A stretch of 64,000 nucleotides of DNA. Source: Spirochaetia bacterium. GTDB lineage: Bacteria; Spirochaetota; Spirochaetia; UBA9216. The stretch covers positions 4,640,001 through 4,704,000 of the forward strand of contig OY776510.1 in NCBI GenBank assembly GCA_963675665.1, in the 5' to 3' direction. Position numbers and translations under genes: made by a program. The stretch's first letter is position 1. Each line of letters begins with the position of its first letter. A model generated the notes under the pieces. That model was not told the DNA's origin. It saw only the letters and a list, made by a program, of their open reading frames with translations, and searched no databases. This document shows, piece by piece, positions 34,828-43,519 of the stretch.

Positions 34828-34976
34828 TTTGAGCTCCCGTTCAATAAAAAAGCTACGCGGTAGCTTTCAATTACATAGTAACTGAAAGTTACATAATAAC
34901 TTTCAGTTGCCATGCAACCCTCAGCTGCAGAACAGCTTTTACGAGATCCGAAAAACGAACCTCAATAAAAAAAATA

Positions 34977-35050
34977 CAGGCCAGGTAGGATTCGAACCTA
35001 CAACATCCGGTTTTGGAGACCGGCGCTCTAGCCGTTGGAGCTACTGGCCT
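34977..35050 (-). tRNA. tRNA-Trp (CCA)
   Basis: AGGCCAG acceptor stem, anticodon arm CCGGT-CTCCAAA-ACCGG, T loop GGTTCGAATCC; canonical position before secE. Confidence 0.96.
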
Positions 35051-35059
35051 GTATGTTAT

Positions 35060-35236
35060 TTACTTAATTTTGGTTTCTACATGCAGAGTGTGTTTATTAT
35101 CCCACTTACAGTACTTCATAAGTTCCATTTTACCCTGCATATTCCGTCTGTTTTTTTGAGTAGTGTAATTGCGGCGGTTACACTCGCTGCATTTTAAGGC
35201 GATTTTTTCAACTGCGCCCTTTTTATTTTTTGCCAT
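35060..35236 (-). CDS. rpmG: 50S ribosomal protein L33
   Basis: Not in ORF track. Manual translation: [58 protein letters not shown]. Confidence 0.96.
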   Translation of the reverse strand: MAKNKKGAVEKIALKCSECNRRNYTTQKNRRNMQGKMELMKYCKWDNKHTLHVETKIK

Positions 35237-35266
35237 AATATGACTCTCCTAAATTCCTGACTATAG

Positions 35267-35339
35267 AGCCTCCGACCGGATTTGAACCGGTGACCCCATC
35301 CTTACCATGGATGTGCTCTACCGACTGAGCTACAGAGGC
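35267..35339 (-). tRNA. tRNA-Thr (GGT)
   Basis: GCCTCTG/CGGAGGC acceptor stem, anticodon arm CATCC-ATGGTAA-GGATG, T loop GGTTCAAATCC. Confidence 0.96.
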
Positions 35340-35355
35340 ATGACCAAGTTGAAAG

Positions 35356-35384
35356 AACATAGCAAAGATATTTTTTTTTGTCAA
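35356..35384 (-). promoter_or_regulatory. Promoter at the head of the tRNA-Thr-rpmG-secE-nusG cluster
   Basis: TTGACA-N17-TATGTT with TG extended -10, ~16 nt upstream of tRNA-Thr. Confidence 0.65.
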
Positions 35385-35628
35385 TAAGAATTAGCTTGTT
35401 TTTGTCCTGCCCCGCAGGATAGAATATTAGTATAATTTTGAAAAAGGGGCAATAATAAAATCGTGCATCCGTGTACGATTTTATTTTGAAGTATCAAAAA
35501 AATTCTTTTTTTTAATACTTCAGACTTTCCTGGCACCCGCATCCTTGCTGGACTTTATTATTTTGAGCTTATATTGCAGACTTTCACGATGACTTTGACC
35601 GGCAACGGCAAGGGATTTTACGGGAGGA

Positions 35629-36432
35629 ATGATGAAATCACCGAAAGAGACCGCTCTGGATAAAAGAATACTGAAAAAAGTCAATGATAAATGCAGGGCT
35701 GCAGCAGAATACATGATAAGAGATCCGGAAATAAAGTATCTGCAGGATTATGCCAATACAGTCTCAATAAAGCGGCTTAATTACAATGATCACGGCCCGG
35801 TGCATATGCGCAAAGTGGCCCTAAACGCCCTCACAATGGCGCGACTTCTTGAACAGCAAGGCATCAAATTCAGCCTTGAAACAGAAGGGTGCGGCAGCAG
35901 GGAAGACAGTATGGTATCAATTCTGACGGCGACTTTTCTGCATGATATTGGCATGTCCGTCGGAAGAGCTGATCATGAGAAAATTTCCGTAACCCTTGCA
36001 GTGCCTATCATAGACAGGATAATGAAGCATGTTTACCAGGATGATATCGAGCGAATTGTAATCGGCAGATCACTTGCCCTTGAATGCATAATCGGGCATA
36101 TGGGAACCCGGAAAATCCATTCTCTTGAAGCAGGACTTGTTCTTATAGCCGACGGTCTTGATATGGAAAAAGGCCGGGCCAGAATACCCATGATGATAGA
36201 AACCGGCGCCCAGGTTGGCGATATCCATAAATATTCCGCATCGGCAATAGAAAAAGTGGAAATGGAAGTCGGAAAACACAAACCGGTCAAGATTATTGTC
36301 TCCATGAAAGAGTCCGTCGGGCTTTTCCAGATCGAGGAAGTCCTTTTTCCCAAGATCAATTCAAGCCCAATGAAATCCTATATTGAACTTTATGCGGCGG
36401 TTGGAGAGGAAAAAACAAAGAGATATCTTTAA
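35629..36432 (+). CDS. HD-domain metal-dependent phosphohydrolase
   Basis: YNDHGPVH...FLHDIGM...H...IADGLDM; GGAGG SD. Confidence 0.85.
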   Translation: MMKSPKETALDKRILKKVNDKCRAAAEYMIRDPEIKYLQDYANTVSIKRLNYNDHGPVHMRKVALNALTMARLLEQQGIKFSLETEGCGSREDSMVSILTATFLHDIGMSVGRADHEKISVTLAVPIIDRIMKHVYQDDIERIVIGRSLALECIIGHMGTRKIHSLEAGLVLIADGLDMEKGRARIPMMIETGAQVGDIHKYSASAIEKVEMEVGKHKPVKIIVSMKESVGLFQIEEVLFPKINSSPMKSYIELYAAVGEEKTKRYL

Positions 36433-36521
36433 TTATTTAACCGTTTATGATGGAGAGATTGATTGGTTTCAGTATCTGTAGCCTATTATTGATGTGACAT
36501 ATAATTTTTTTGAGTAAAGAA

Positions 36522-36550
36522 TTGATCTTCCAAAAATGACAGGATAGTAT
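36522..36550 (+). promoter_or_regulatory. Putative promoter for the lipoprotein gene
   Basis: TTGATC-N17-TAGTAT. Confidence 0.5.
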
Positions 36551-36584
36551 CGTCAATGTTAAAAAATAATTCAAAGAGGGGAAA

Positions 36585-36986
36585 ATGAAAAAGATTCTTA
36601 CTTTATTAGGACTTATAGCACTATTTCTGGTTTATGCATGCAATCTCCCAGGACCTTCAAACCTTTATGGCCTGGTCGGAGAATGGGTTGTTACCGAGAT
36701 CCCGACTAACGTAACGGCAGATTATTCAAATTATGAGAAACTAATTTTTACCAGTACTAAATATCAAATTGAGAACAAAGCCGGTGATATTTTTGAAAGC
36801 GGTTCTATTAGTAATGTGACCGATAGTTCATATAATTACATTATGGAACAATTTACTCCTGAACCAGCTTATGAAGGTTCTGAATGCAGCGCTGTATTCT
36901 CAATTAATAGCAAGGTGTTAACAATCACTTTTCACAATAGAGAGAAAACGGACAATTATGGAACTTTAAAAGCTGAAAGATTATAG
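36585..36986 (+). CDS. Putative lipoprotein (possibly lipocalin-like)
   Basis: MKK, hydrophobic core and LVYAC lipobox; LVGEW motif; AT-rich. Confidence 0.7.
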   Translation: MKKILTLLGLIALFLVYACNLPGPSNLYGLVGEWVVTEIPTNVTADYSNYEKLIFTSTKYQIENKAGDIFESGSISNVTDSSYNYIMEQFTPEPAYEGSECSAVFSINSKVLTITFHNREKTDNYGTLKAERL

Positions 36987-37042
36987 TTGAGAACAAAACA
37001 CATCATCTCTAATTACAAACTCAGTTGTTTAGCATTAATATT

Positions 37043-37160
37043 TCTATATTTATGTTGTTTCCGTGATGCTTTACTGTAATTGAAATCTTTATTTCATTAT
37101 ATGTATTTCAGTACACTGTTTTTGCCGTGTATTTTATTTGATTAGCGAGAGGGAGAAATA
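37043..37160. repeat. Degenerate intergenic repeat, copy A
   Basis: TTGTTTCCGTGATGCTTTACTG...TATTTCATTATATGTATTTCAGTACACT; homologous to 37668-37751, 38615-38740 and 42080-42121. Confidence 0.7.
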
Positions 37161-37216
37161 GGCGTAGCGGTTACGTTTGACTTTAACTTAAGAAACCGTT
37201 TATAGTCCAAATACAC

Positions 37217-37600
37217 ATGAAAAAGACTTTATTAGTAATATTTCTTTTTAATAGCACTTTATTATTTTCTTTAGATTGCTACTCATATAAATATAACGAA
37301 GACATCACTTATGCAATCGTAATATCTCCATCTCAAGCTTATAACGATGAGTTTGTTGTCGGATTATTAGAGATTGATCCTTCCGGATCTGAACGGTGGA
37401 CAATATCAACCAGAACAATCATTGATGAGAATAATGCCTTTAAATCAAAAATTGACGTTAACTTCCCAACAATCCTGATAAAAAAAGATTCTATCGATGT
37501 TGAAATAAACAGAAAAAACAATGTTATCTTACATCTGAATAAAGTCAATAAAATTACCTATAAAAACTGTGATGTTGTTATACCATTAGTCTTTTTTTAA
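37217..37600 (+). CDS. Hypothetical exported protein
   Basis: 127 aa with a spirochete-type signal peptide (MKKTLLVIFLFNSTLLFS); TTGACT-N18-TATAGT at 37177-37206 upstream. Confidence 0.65.
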   Translation: MKKTLLVIFLFNSTLLFSLDCYSYKYNEDITYAIVISPSQAYNDEFVVGLLEIDPSGSERWTISTRTIIDENNAFKSKIDVNFPTILIKKDSIDVEINRKNNVILHLNKVNKITYKNCDVVIPLVFF

Positions 37601-37667
37601 CTGAGGCACCTGCCCCAATCAATCCGCAATCGTACCGACACTGAAAGCAACCTGGTTCTATTCAAAG

Positions 37668-37751
37668 TCGTTACCTTTACACTGCTTCCTTCGTTCTCTA
37701 CGGAATCAGACACCCATATTTCTCCATATATATGAAAGTATTTCAATACAC
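37668..37751. repeat. Degenerate intergenic repeat, copy B
   Basis: GTCGTTACCTTTACACTGCTTCC...TCTCTACGGAATCAGACACCCATATTTC...GTATTTCAATACAC. Confidence 0.65.
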
Positions 37752-37860
37752 ATGATGATTCAAAAGAAGCCTATTCTTTCAGGGGATAATGGATTAATCT
37801 TCAGTTCTCTAATATATTACGAACAGTATTGGAATAGTTATACAGGAGAGGGTATCGCTT

Positions 37861-38520
37861 ATGAAGCGGTCGACACAAATTATCGTATCGTCTCTCTTTT
37901 ATATGTTTGTAGCTGTCGGTGCCAGTTTAATTGTAAAAGCCAATGTCGGAATGGACTGTTTTTACGCATTTGTAAAAGCTATTTCAACTGTAACTTCAGT
38001 AAAAGTCGGGACCCTGGTTGCAGCGGTCAACTTTTTATTTATGGTTTTTTATATCATTTTATCCGAAGGTAAACATATTCAGGTTTACATCATTCAAGCA
38101 GTTTCGATAATTATTTTTGGTTCAATCGTCAATTTTCTGCTCTACAATGTTTTCAGCCATTTTGATTTAACCAATTATTTTGAAAGATTAACTGTACTTA
38201 TTTCAGGGGTGGTCATCTCCGGCATTTCCATCGGCGTAATAACAGTTTTACATATAATTACGTTTTCTATTGAAGCAACATGTTACCAACTGGAAAAGTT
38301 GCATAAGTTGTCATTTATTAAAGCGCGGTATGGTATTGATTTATTATTCCTGATTACATCATTATCAATATCATTCATTTTCAAAACAGGTTTTTTTATC
38401 AGGGAAGGGACTTTGATAGCCATAATTTTATATTCGTTCATACTGAATTTATCAAAATTATTTGCACAAAAGCACTTTAATATCAGCATCCCGCTTCATA
38501 AAATTGATGAAGATCTTTAA
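37861..38520 (+). CDS. YczE/YitT-like integral membrane protein
   Basis: About 6 TM segments; GASLIVKANVGMD...KVGT...IREGTLI pattern typical of the YczE family. Confidence 0.65.
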   Translation: MKRSTQIIVSSLFYMFVAVGASLIVKANVGMDCFYAFVKAISTVTSVKVGTLVAAVNFLFMVFYIILSEGKHIQVYIIQAVSIIIFGSIVNFLLYNVFSHFDLTNYFERLTVLISGVVISGISIGVITVLHIITFSIEATCYQLEKLHKLSFIKARYGIDLLFLITSLSISFIFKTGFFIREGTLIAIILYSFILNLSKLFAQKHFNISIPLHKIDEDL

Positions 38521-38614
38521 CTTCATTAATTGTTATGTTATTAGGTTTTACATCCTATCTTTATACTTTAATCAACTATTCTTTGGGTATCTCATGGCTA
38601 AAACAATTAAAGTA

Positions 38615-38740
38615 ATCGGTAACTTTACGTTATGCTCTTCCGTCTTTACTGTATTAGATACCCTTATTTCATTATATTGTATATAAGTATTTCAGTACAC
38701 TATTATCGCTGCGAAGTTTAATTGGTTAGAAAAAACAGAT
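38615..38740. repeat. Degenerate intergenic repeat, copy C
   Basis: ATCGGTAACTTTACG...CGTCTTTACTGTATTAGATACCCTTATTTCATTATA...GTATTTCAGTACACT. Confidence 0.7.
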
Positions 38741-38797
38741 AGACAATCTATAACTTCTTCAATACAATAATTTCAGATTAAGAAAGCGGGACATCGA

Positions 38798-39661
38798 ATG
38801 AAAAAGATTACCTCAGTCATTGTTTTACTTTTAATTGCAGTTTCTTCTGTTTTTTCTGATAATCAGAAAATTATTACAGTTATGGACTTTGAAACGAGTG
38901 GAGTTTCAGAACAGGAAATGACACTTATTGTCGATTTCTTATCATCTTCAGTTAGTGATTATGAAGATTACATTTTAATTGATAGAAGACAACGTGAAAT
39001 CATTTTATCTGAAGCTCAATTTTCAAATAGTGGGTGTGCTGATGAGTCCTGTGCAATTGAGATAGGACAGTTACTCTCTGCTAGTGAAATGATTGTCGGC
39101 AGTTTAGGTAGTGTAGGCTCTTGCTATCTTATGAATATCAAACTTATTGATGTCGAAACAGGTAAAACAATTAAAGATGTCTCAGAAAAATATGGATCTA
39201 TTGACGAATTGGTTGATGGAAGTGAATTTATAATCAGCACACTTTTCAATAAGACTGCTAAGATTGAAATTAAAGCAGTACAAACAGAAGATGTCCAGAA
39301 TACTGTTACATCAGTTAATTCAACACCTGTAATAGAAACTTTTTCTTTTGGTTCATACCCTGACAAAGTTACTCTAAATAAAGAAATGTATGACACCGCA
39401 AAAAGAAACCGTGGCTTGAAAATCACATCCGGAATACTCTATGGCATTGGTGGCGTTTTCACGGTATTAGATATAATTGGGCTTGTTGGCAGTGGCGGGC
39501 TACCAACTGATAATGATGGCTGGACTATTTTTTTTAGTTTTACAGGTGGTAGTATTGTCGGATTATTGGGGGGGATAATTACAGGCTCACTTACTGAACC
39601 AGTTTACGATATTGATGGACTAAAAACAAAGGTAAGCGGTAATTCTTACCCTATGTCTTAA
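38798..39661 (+). CDS. Exported/membrane protein with N-terminal CsgG/HfaB(TolB-N)-like domain; last codon replaced by IS66 sequence
   Basis: Signal peptide; ITVMDF...LIDRRQREIILSEAQFSNSGCADESCAIEIGQLL...IVGSLG; C-terminal hydrophobic segments. Confidence 0.7.
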   Translation: MKKITSVIVLLLIAVSSVFSDNQKIITVMDFETSGVSEQEMTLIVDFLSSSVSDYEDYILIDRRQREIILSEAQFSNSGCADESCAIEIGQLLSASEMIVGSLGSVGSCYLMNIKLIDVETGKTIKDVSEKYGSIDELVDGSEFIISTLFNKTAKIEIKAVQTEDVQNTVTSVNSTPVIETFSFGSYPDKVTLNKEMYDTAKRNRGLKITSGILYGIGGVFTVLDIIGLVGSGGLPTDNDGWTIFFSFTGGSIVGLLGGIITGSLTEPVYDIDGLKTKVSGNSYPMS

Positions 39662-41183
39662 TCTGCTCGGGTGTCATGTTGAACGGCAGCAGTTCTTCAT
39701 AATCAGCCTGTTCTACACAATACGGCAGCTTACGAAAAACATAGTAGAAATAATCATAGACAGAAAGTTTCTGCAATTTAGCCGATTCAACAAGGCTGTA
39801 AAGAATCGCCGAAGATTCAGCACCTCGCTCCGTATCTGAAAACAACCAGTTCTTCCGGCCGATCACAAATGGCCGTATTGCGTTTTCAGCAATGTTGTTC
39901 GACGGTGTCAACAGCGGATTTTCAAGATATAGTTTTAACTGCGCCCAATTATCAAGTGTATATGCAATAGCTTTCCCAAACGACAGAGAGGGAGGTGTAA
40001 GCGCAGCCTGTTCAGTAAGCAGCTCAAACAATGATTTCAGAATCGGTCCAGCCTTGTTTTCTCGTTGCTTTTGAAATCCCTTTTTAGAAAAATCAGCTCT
40101 TAATTCTTCAAGTTCAAAAAGCTTCTTAATCAGATCAAGTATCTGTTTAGCCTCCGGAGATTTAGACATTTCCCAATATTTATAAAAATACCTTCGGGCA
40201 TGTGCCCAACATAAAACATGCCGAATGGATTTATTTCCGCCATTGCGCAACTTTTTCAGGGCAGTGTGATAAGCTTCATAATCATCAGTTTGAAGCCAGC
40301 CGGTATAACTTTGCAGGAAATCATTCGGGATTTCATGAGAACGGCTGGTTTCATACTGGAATACAACCGATTTTTTATCAGGTTTTCCGCCGAGAAATAC
40401 CCACATCCAGGATTTGTCCTGCGCCTTCCGGCCCGTTTCTTTCAATACCTGAACACGGGTCTCATCTGCATTTATAACCGGCCCGTTTTTGATATTATCT
40501 TTAAGCAGTTCATAAAGCGGCCTGCATTTTTCAGCGCATTTTATCGCCAAAGTACTTAATGTAGCCCGTGGTATATCTATTCCTATTGCAGAGAGCCTTT
40601 TGCTTTGTCTGTAAAACGGTAAGGCATATTCAAACTTTTCGTTTATGCTCCAGGCAAGCAGACTTTCATCAGCGATACTTCTGCCAATCAGATGTTTCGG
40701 GCCGGATGCTGTTTGAACTCCGGCTTCATCATTAGCAGTACCTTCACAGCTTCGGCAGGCGTATTTCTTCTTTATTTCGCGTCGAACAATTACTTTCGCA
40801 GGAACTATGCATGCGCGCTCCGATACATCCTCACCGATGCAGACCTTTTCGGCTCCGCATTCACATATTTTATCTTCCTCATCTATATCGTATTCAACGA
40901 TCTCTCTATGAAGGTCTTCCGACAGAGCTTTTCTCCCGGCTCCTTTACGAACAGTTTTTGTATGGGCTTTTACTTCCCGGGTTTCGGTTTCAATTTCATC
41001 CTGCTGTTCAAATGCGGAATCTTCGGCTTCGTTGAATAGAGACGCCTGCTTCTTGTCTTCTTTTGTAAGCTTCTCCGACTTCGCTCCGAAATGAAGCATT
41101 TGAAGCATGTGTACATGTTCTTTTAGCTGAGCATTTTCTTTTTTCAGCCTTTCAATTTCATCACGCAACTGCTCATCACTCAT
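39651..41183 (-). CDS. tnpC: IS66 DDE transposase TnpC
   Basis: FGAKSEK, Zn finger CECG...CRSC, NADETRV, LQTDDY, CWAHARR, NNIAENAIRPFVIGRKNWLF. Confidence 0.97.
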   Translation of the reverse strand: MSDEQLRDEIERLKKENAQLKEHVHMLQMLHFGAKSEKLTKEDKKQASLFNEAEDSAFEQQDEIETETREVKAHTKTVRKGAGRKALSEDLHREIVEYDIDEEDKICECGAEKVCIGEDVSERACIVPAKVIVRREIKKKYACRSCEGTANDEAGVQTASGPKHLIGRSIADESLLAWSINEKFEYALPFYRQSKRLSAIGIDIPRATLSTLAIKCAEKCRPLYELLKDNIKNGPVINADETRVQVLKETGRKAQDKSWMWVFLGGKPDKKSVVFQYETSRSHEIPNDFLQSYTGWLQTDDYEAYHTALKKLRNGGNKSIRHVLCWAHARRYFYKYWEMSKSPEAKQILDLIKKLFELEELRADFSKKGFQKQRENKAGPILKSLFELLTEQAALTPPSLSFGKAIAYTLDNWAQLKLYLENPLLTPSNNIAENAIRPFVIGRKNWLFSDTERGAESSAILYSLVESAKLQKLSVYDYFYYVFRKLPYCVEQADYEELLPFNMTPEQIKT

Positions 41184-41221
41184 AACAGGAGACTAGCATT
41201 TTTAAATTCGAGTGGGAAGCC

Positions 41222-41566
41222 CTAAACGCGGGAATATTTTAATTGTTTATGTGCCTTGAAAAAATCTATTCCGTCAAGCAGCATCTTTAACTCTTCGAAC
41301 TTTATCTCTCTTGCATCCTCTTCCGTTTCAGGCCAGGGAAACTTATTCTTCTCCAGTCTTTTCTGCCAGAGACAAAAGCCGTTACGATCCCAGTAAATGA
41401 TCTTCAACAGCTTTCTTTTACTGTTGCAGAAAAGAAACAGACTTTTTGAGAACGGGTCGTTCTGCATTATATTCTGAACAGTAACACTCAATCCATTAAC
41501 GCCCTTTCGCAGATCTGTTTTGCCGGGCCGGATAAAATATCGGTAATTTGTGTAATCGAAAATCAT
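41222..41566 (-). CDS. tnpB: IS66 accessory protein TnpB
   Basis: TDLRKGVNGL...LFLFCN...LKIIYWDRNGFCLWQKRLE..F.WP. Confidence 0.96.
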   Translation of the reverse strand: MIFDYTNYRYFIRPGKTDLRKGVNGLSVTVQNIMQNDPFSKSLFLFCNSKRKLLKIIYWDRNGFCLWQKRLEKNKFPWPETEEDAREIKFEELKMLLDGIDFFKAHKQLKYSRV

Positions 41567-41862
41567 TCGAGTCCCCCGATTACCTGAAGAACTGATTTTA
41601 ACTGGGTTTCATTAAAACCGGCTGTTATTGAAATCTTAAACTTTTTTGTTTCAATAACTATCTGTGCGGCCGGTGATGAGAAAACAGGTTTAACCTCAAC
41701 AACAGCGGAATCTCCGGGGCAGCCTTGTATGCCGATTCTTTTTCTGTGTTTATAAAAGGTGTTTGGGTGTATCCCAATTTCATTGCAAAACTCCGGAATC
41801 GATTTGCAGCTCTGTCGGTGCTGCTCAAATATTTGGTCCCAGTTTGTAATCTTTTTACCCAT
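41563..41862 (-). CDS. tnpA: IS66 accessory protein TnpA (HTH)
   Basis: W...QSCKSIPEFCNEIGIHPNTFYKHRKR HTH; overlaps tnpB by 4 nt. Confidence 0.85.
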   Translation of the reverse strand: MGKKITNWDQIFEQHRQSCKSIPEFCNEIGIHPNTFYKHRKRIGIQGCPGDSAVVEVKPVFSSPAAQIVIETKKFKISITAGFNETQLKSVLQVIGGLE

Positions 41863-42079
41863 CTTATTCCTCCTCGATTTTTCAAGGAGAATAATGCATT
41901 TTCAGTTTTTCGCAAGAAGGCAAGAATTACCGCTTACAAACAAAGTACTGATAAAAGCCTATTGTACGCTCAATATTTAAATTTATATTGCCTTAAAAGA
42001 AGCTTAATAAATATCAGTAATGAAGTGATTCAAAGACAGAGTCACCTGTCCCACTTCACGACAAACCTAACAATGCACA

Positions 42080-42121
42080 GTCGCCAACTTCACATTGTTT
42101 CCGTGTGTCTTTACTGAATCA
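42080..42121. repeat. Degenerate intergenic repeat, copy D (left part only)
   Basis: GTCGCCAACTTCACATTGTTTCCGTGTGTCTTTACTGAATCA aligns without gaps to copy B (30/42) and copy C (28/42) by manual count. Confidence 0.65.
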
Positions 42122-42182
42122 ACTGAATTCATTGAACAGATAAAAATACAGGGAAAAACAAAGGCGTTGCTATACTCTTAAT

Positions 42183-43415
42183 CTATTCGCCGAGATGACG
42201 GCTGATAATCTTTGTATTGTCGAGCAGCGAGCTTAACGAATTACCGTGATGGACCCTTGATATGGTCCGGGCAAACAGTTCGCTTATACATGCGGATACG
42301 TACCATTCACGGCCGAGAACCTCGTCAGTATGATAAACAGCGTTTGTTCCGATTATAGTGTCGAACAGTCCTTTCTGATATGCATCTTCAAAGCTGTCTA
42401 CAGCATTGCCGGTAAACAGCGGAAGACTGACGGCACAGATTATCTTTTCAGCGCCTTCCTTTTTCAGCATTTCCATGGCTTTTATCAGTGTACCGCCGGT
42501 GCCCAGCATATCATCAGCCATAAAGACAGTTTTGCCCTTTACATCGCCGAGCAGCCTCATGTTTGTAATGTTATTTGATGCTGCGTCCGAACTTACCCTG
42601 GAGTAATCACGTTCCTTATAGATCATGGCAAGCGGTTTCTTGAGTGTTCCCGCAAAAAACTTGTTTCTGTCTATTGCTCCCGTATCCGGCGAAACAACAA
42701 CCAGATCGTCGCTTTCCAGATCAACAAGCTCGCTGAGCTCGCGTATAATCTGGTAAGACGCGTGAAGGTTCTCGAGATGAAGCTTGCTGAAGGTCATTTC
42801 TATTGCTTTTGAGTGTATGTCAAGCGTAATGATCCGTGAAACTCCCATCTGCTCACAGGTCCTGCCGAACCATGAAGCGGTCAGACCTTCGCGGCCCTTC
42901 TTTTTATGCTGACGGCTGTACGGATATAACGGAACAACAATCGTTACGCTTCTGGCGCCGGCACCTATAACCGCGTCAATTGTTGTAAAAAGAAGCATCA
43001 TGTGATCATTAACTGACATGGATACAGGCTTTCCGTCATTATTAATATCCATCGGGTAATGATTGCCTGGGTCCTGGATAAGATAAATATCCATATCCCT
43101 GATGGACAGCTGTATTTCTGATTTCACTTCGCCGTTTGCGAAACGTGTAAACTTTACTGGCACCTGATATGCAGGGGCTTTATACTTTGTCACATCCTTT
43201 GCACGGTGGCCTTTTCTGGAAGTCAGTTCATTTACAAAATTTATATTTTTTATTACTTCTTCCCGGGTATAATCATATCTCGACACAAGAGAGTCGGCCG
43301 TCTTCTTATAATACTTCAGGTAGATAGATTTTAGATCTGAAATTATCTCATTAGTAATCTTTTCAGCTCCCGGACATGCAATAATACCCAAGAGAGATGA
43401 ACGCGTAAATACCAT
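42183..43415 (-). CDS. prs: Ribose-phosphate pyrophosphokinase (long form with N-terminal insert)
   Basis: RFANGEVK, PLYPYSRQHKK.GREGL, TLDIH, VVSPDTGA, DDMLGTGGT; ATG start at 43415. Confidence 0.93.
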   Translation of the reverse strand: MVFTRSSLLGIIACPGAEKITNEIISDLKSIYLKYYKKTADSLVSRYDYTREEVIKNINFVNELTSRKGHRAKDVTKYKAPAYQVPVKFTRFANGEVKSEIQLSIRDMDIYLIQDPGNHYPMDINNDGKPVSMSVNDHMMLLFTTIDAVIGAGARSVTIVVPLYPYSRQHKKKGREGLTASWFGRTCEQMGVSRIITLDIHSKAIEMTFSKLHLENLHASYQIIRELSELVDLESDDLVVVSPDTGAIDRNKFFAGTLKKPLAMIYKERDYSRVSSDAASNNITNMRLLGDVKGKTVFMADDMLGTGGTLIKAMEMLKKEGAEKIICAVSLPLFTGNAVDSFEDAYQKGLFDTIIGTNAVYHTDEVLGREWYVSACISELFARTISRVHHGNSLSSLLDNTKIISRHLGE

Positions 43416-43519
43416 AGAAACCACCAGAATTTGATAGCTGACTGTAACATATTGTTCCTGTAGTTTTCAATACAGGGAAGAAAATAATTCCCATATTCAT
43501 ATTGCGAATCAGTATCTGC

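Larger units (their letters stand above)
39632..41937 (-). mobile_element. IS66-family insertion sequence (2306 bp), apparently intact
   Basis: Terminal IRs GTAAGCGGTAATTCTT(A/G)CC (19 bp, 1 mismatch); 8-bp TSD AAACAAAG at 39624-39631 and 41938-41945; tnpA-tnpB-tnpC. Confidence 0.97.

Noticed and set aside
37752-38072. 106-aa ORF overlapping the YczE-like gene
   Set aside because: Out-of-frame overlap; 37861-38520 has the membrane-family pattern and an SD-like sequence.
36987-42135. Classical integron attC sites between the cassette-like genes
   Set aside because: ACCTAAC (42065) and GTTAGAA (38725) occur, but there is no paired RYYYAAC...GTTRRRY dyad around any element and no intI in the window.
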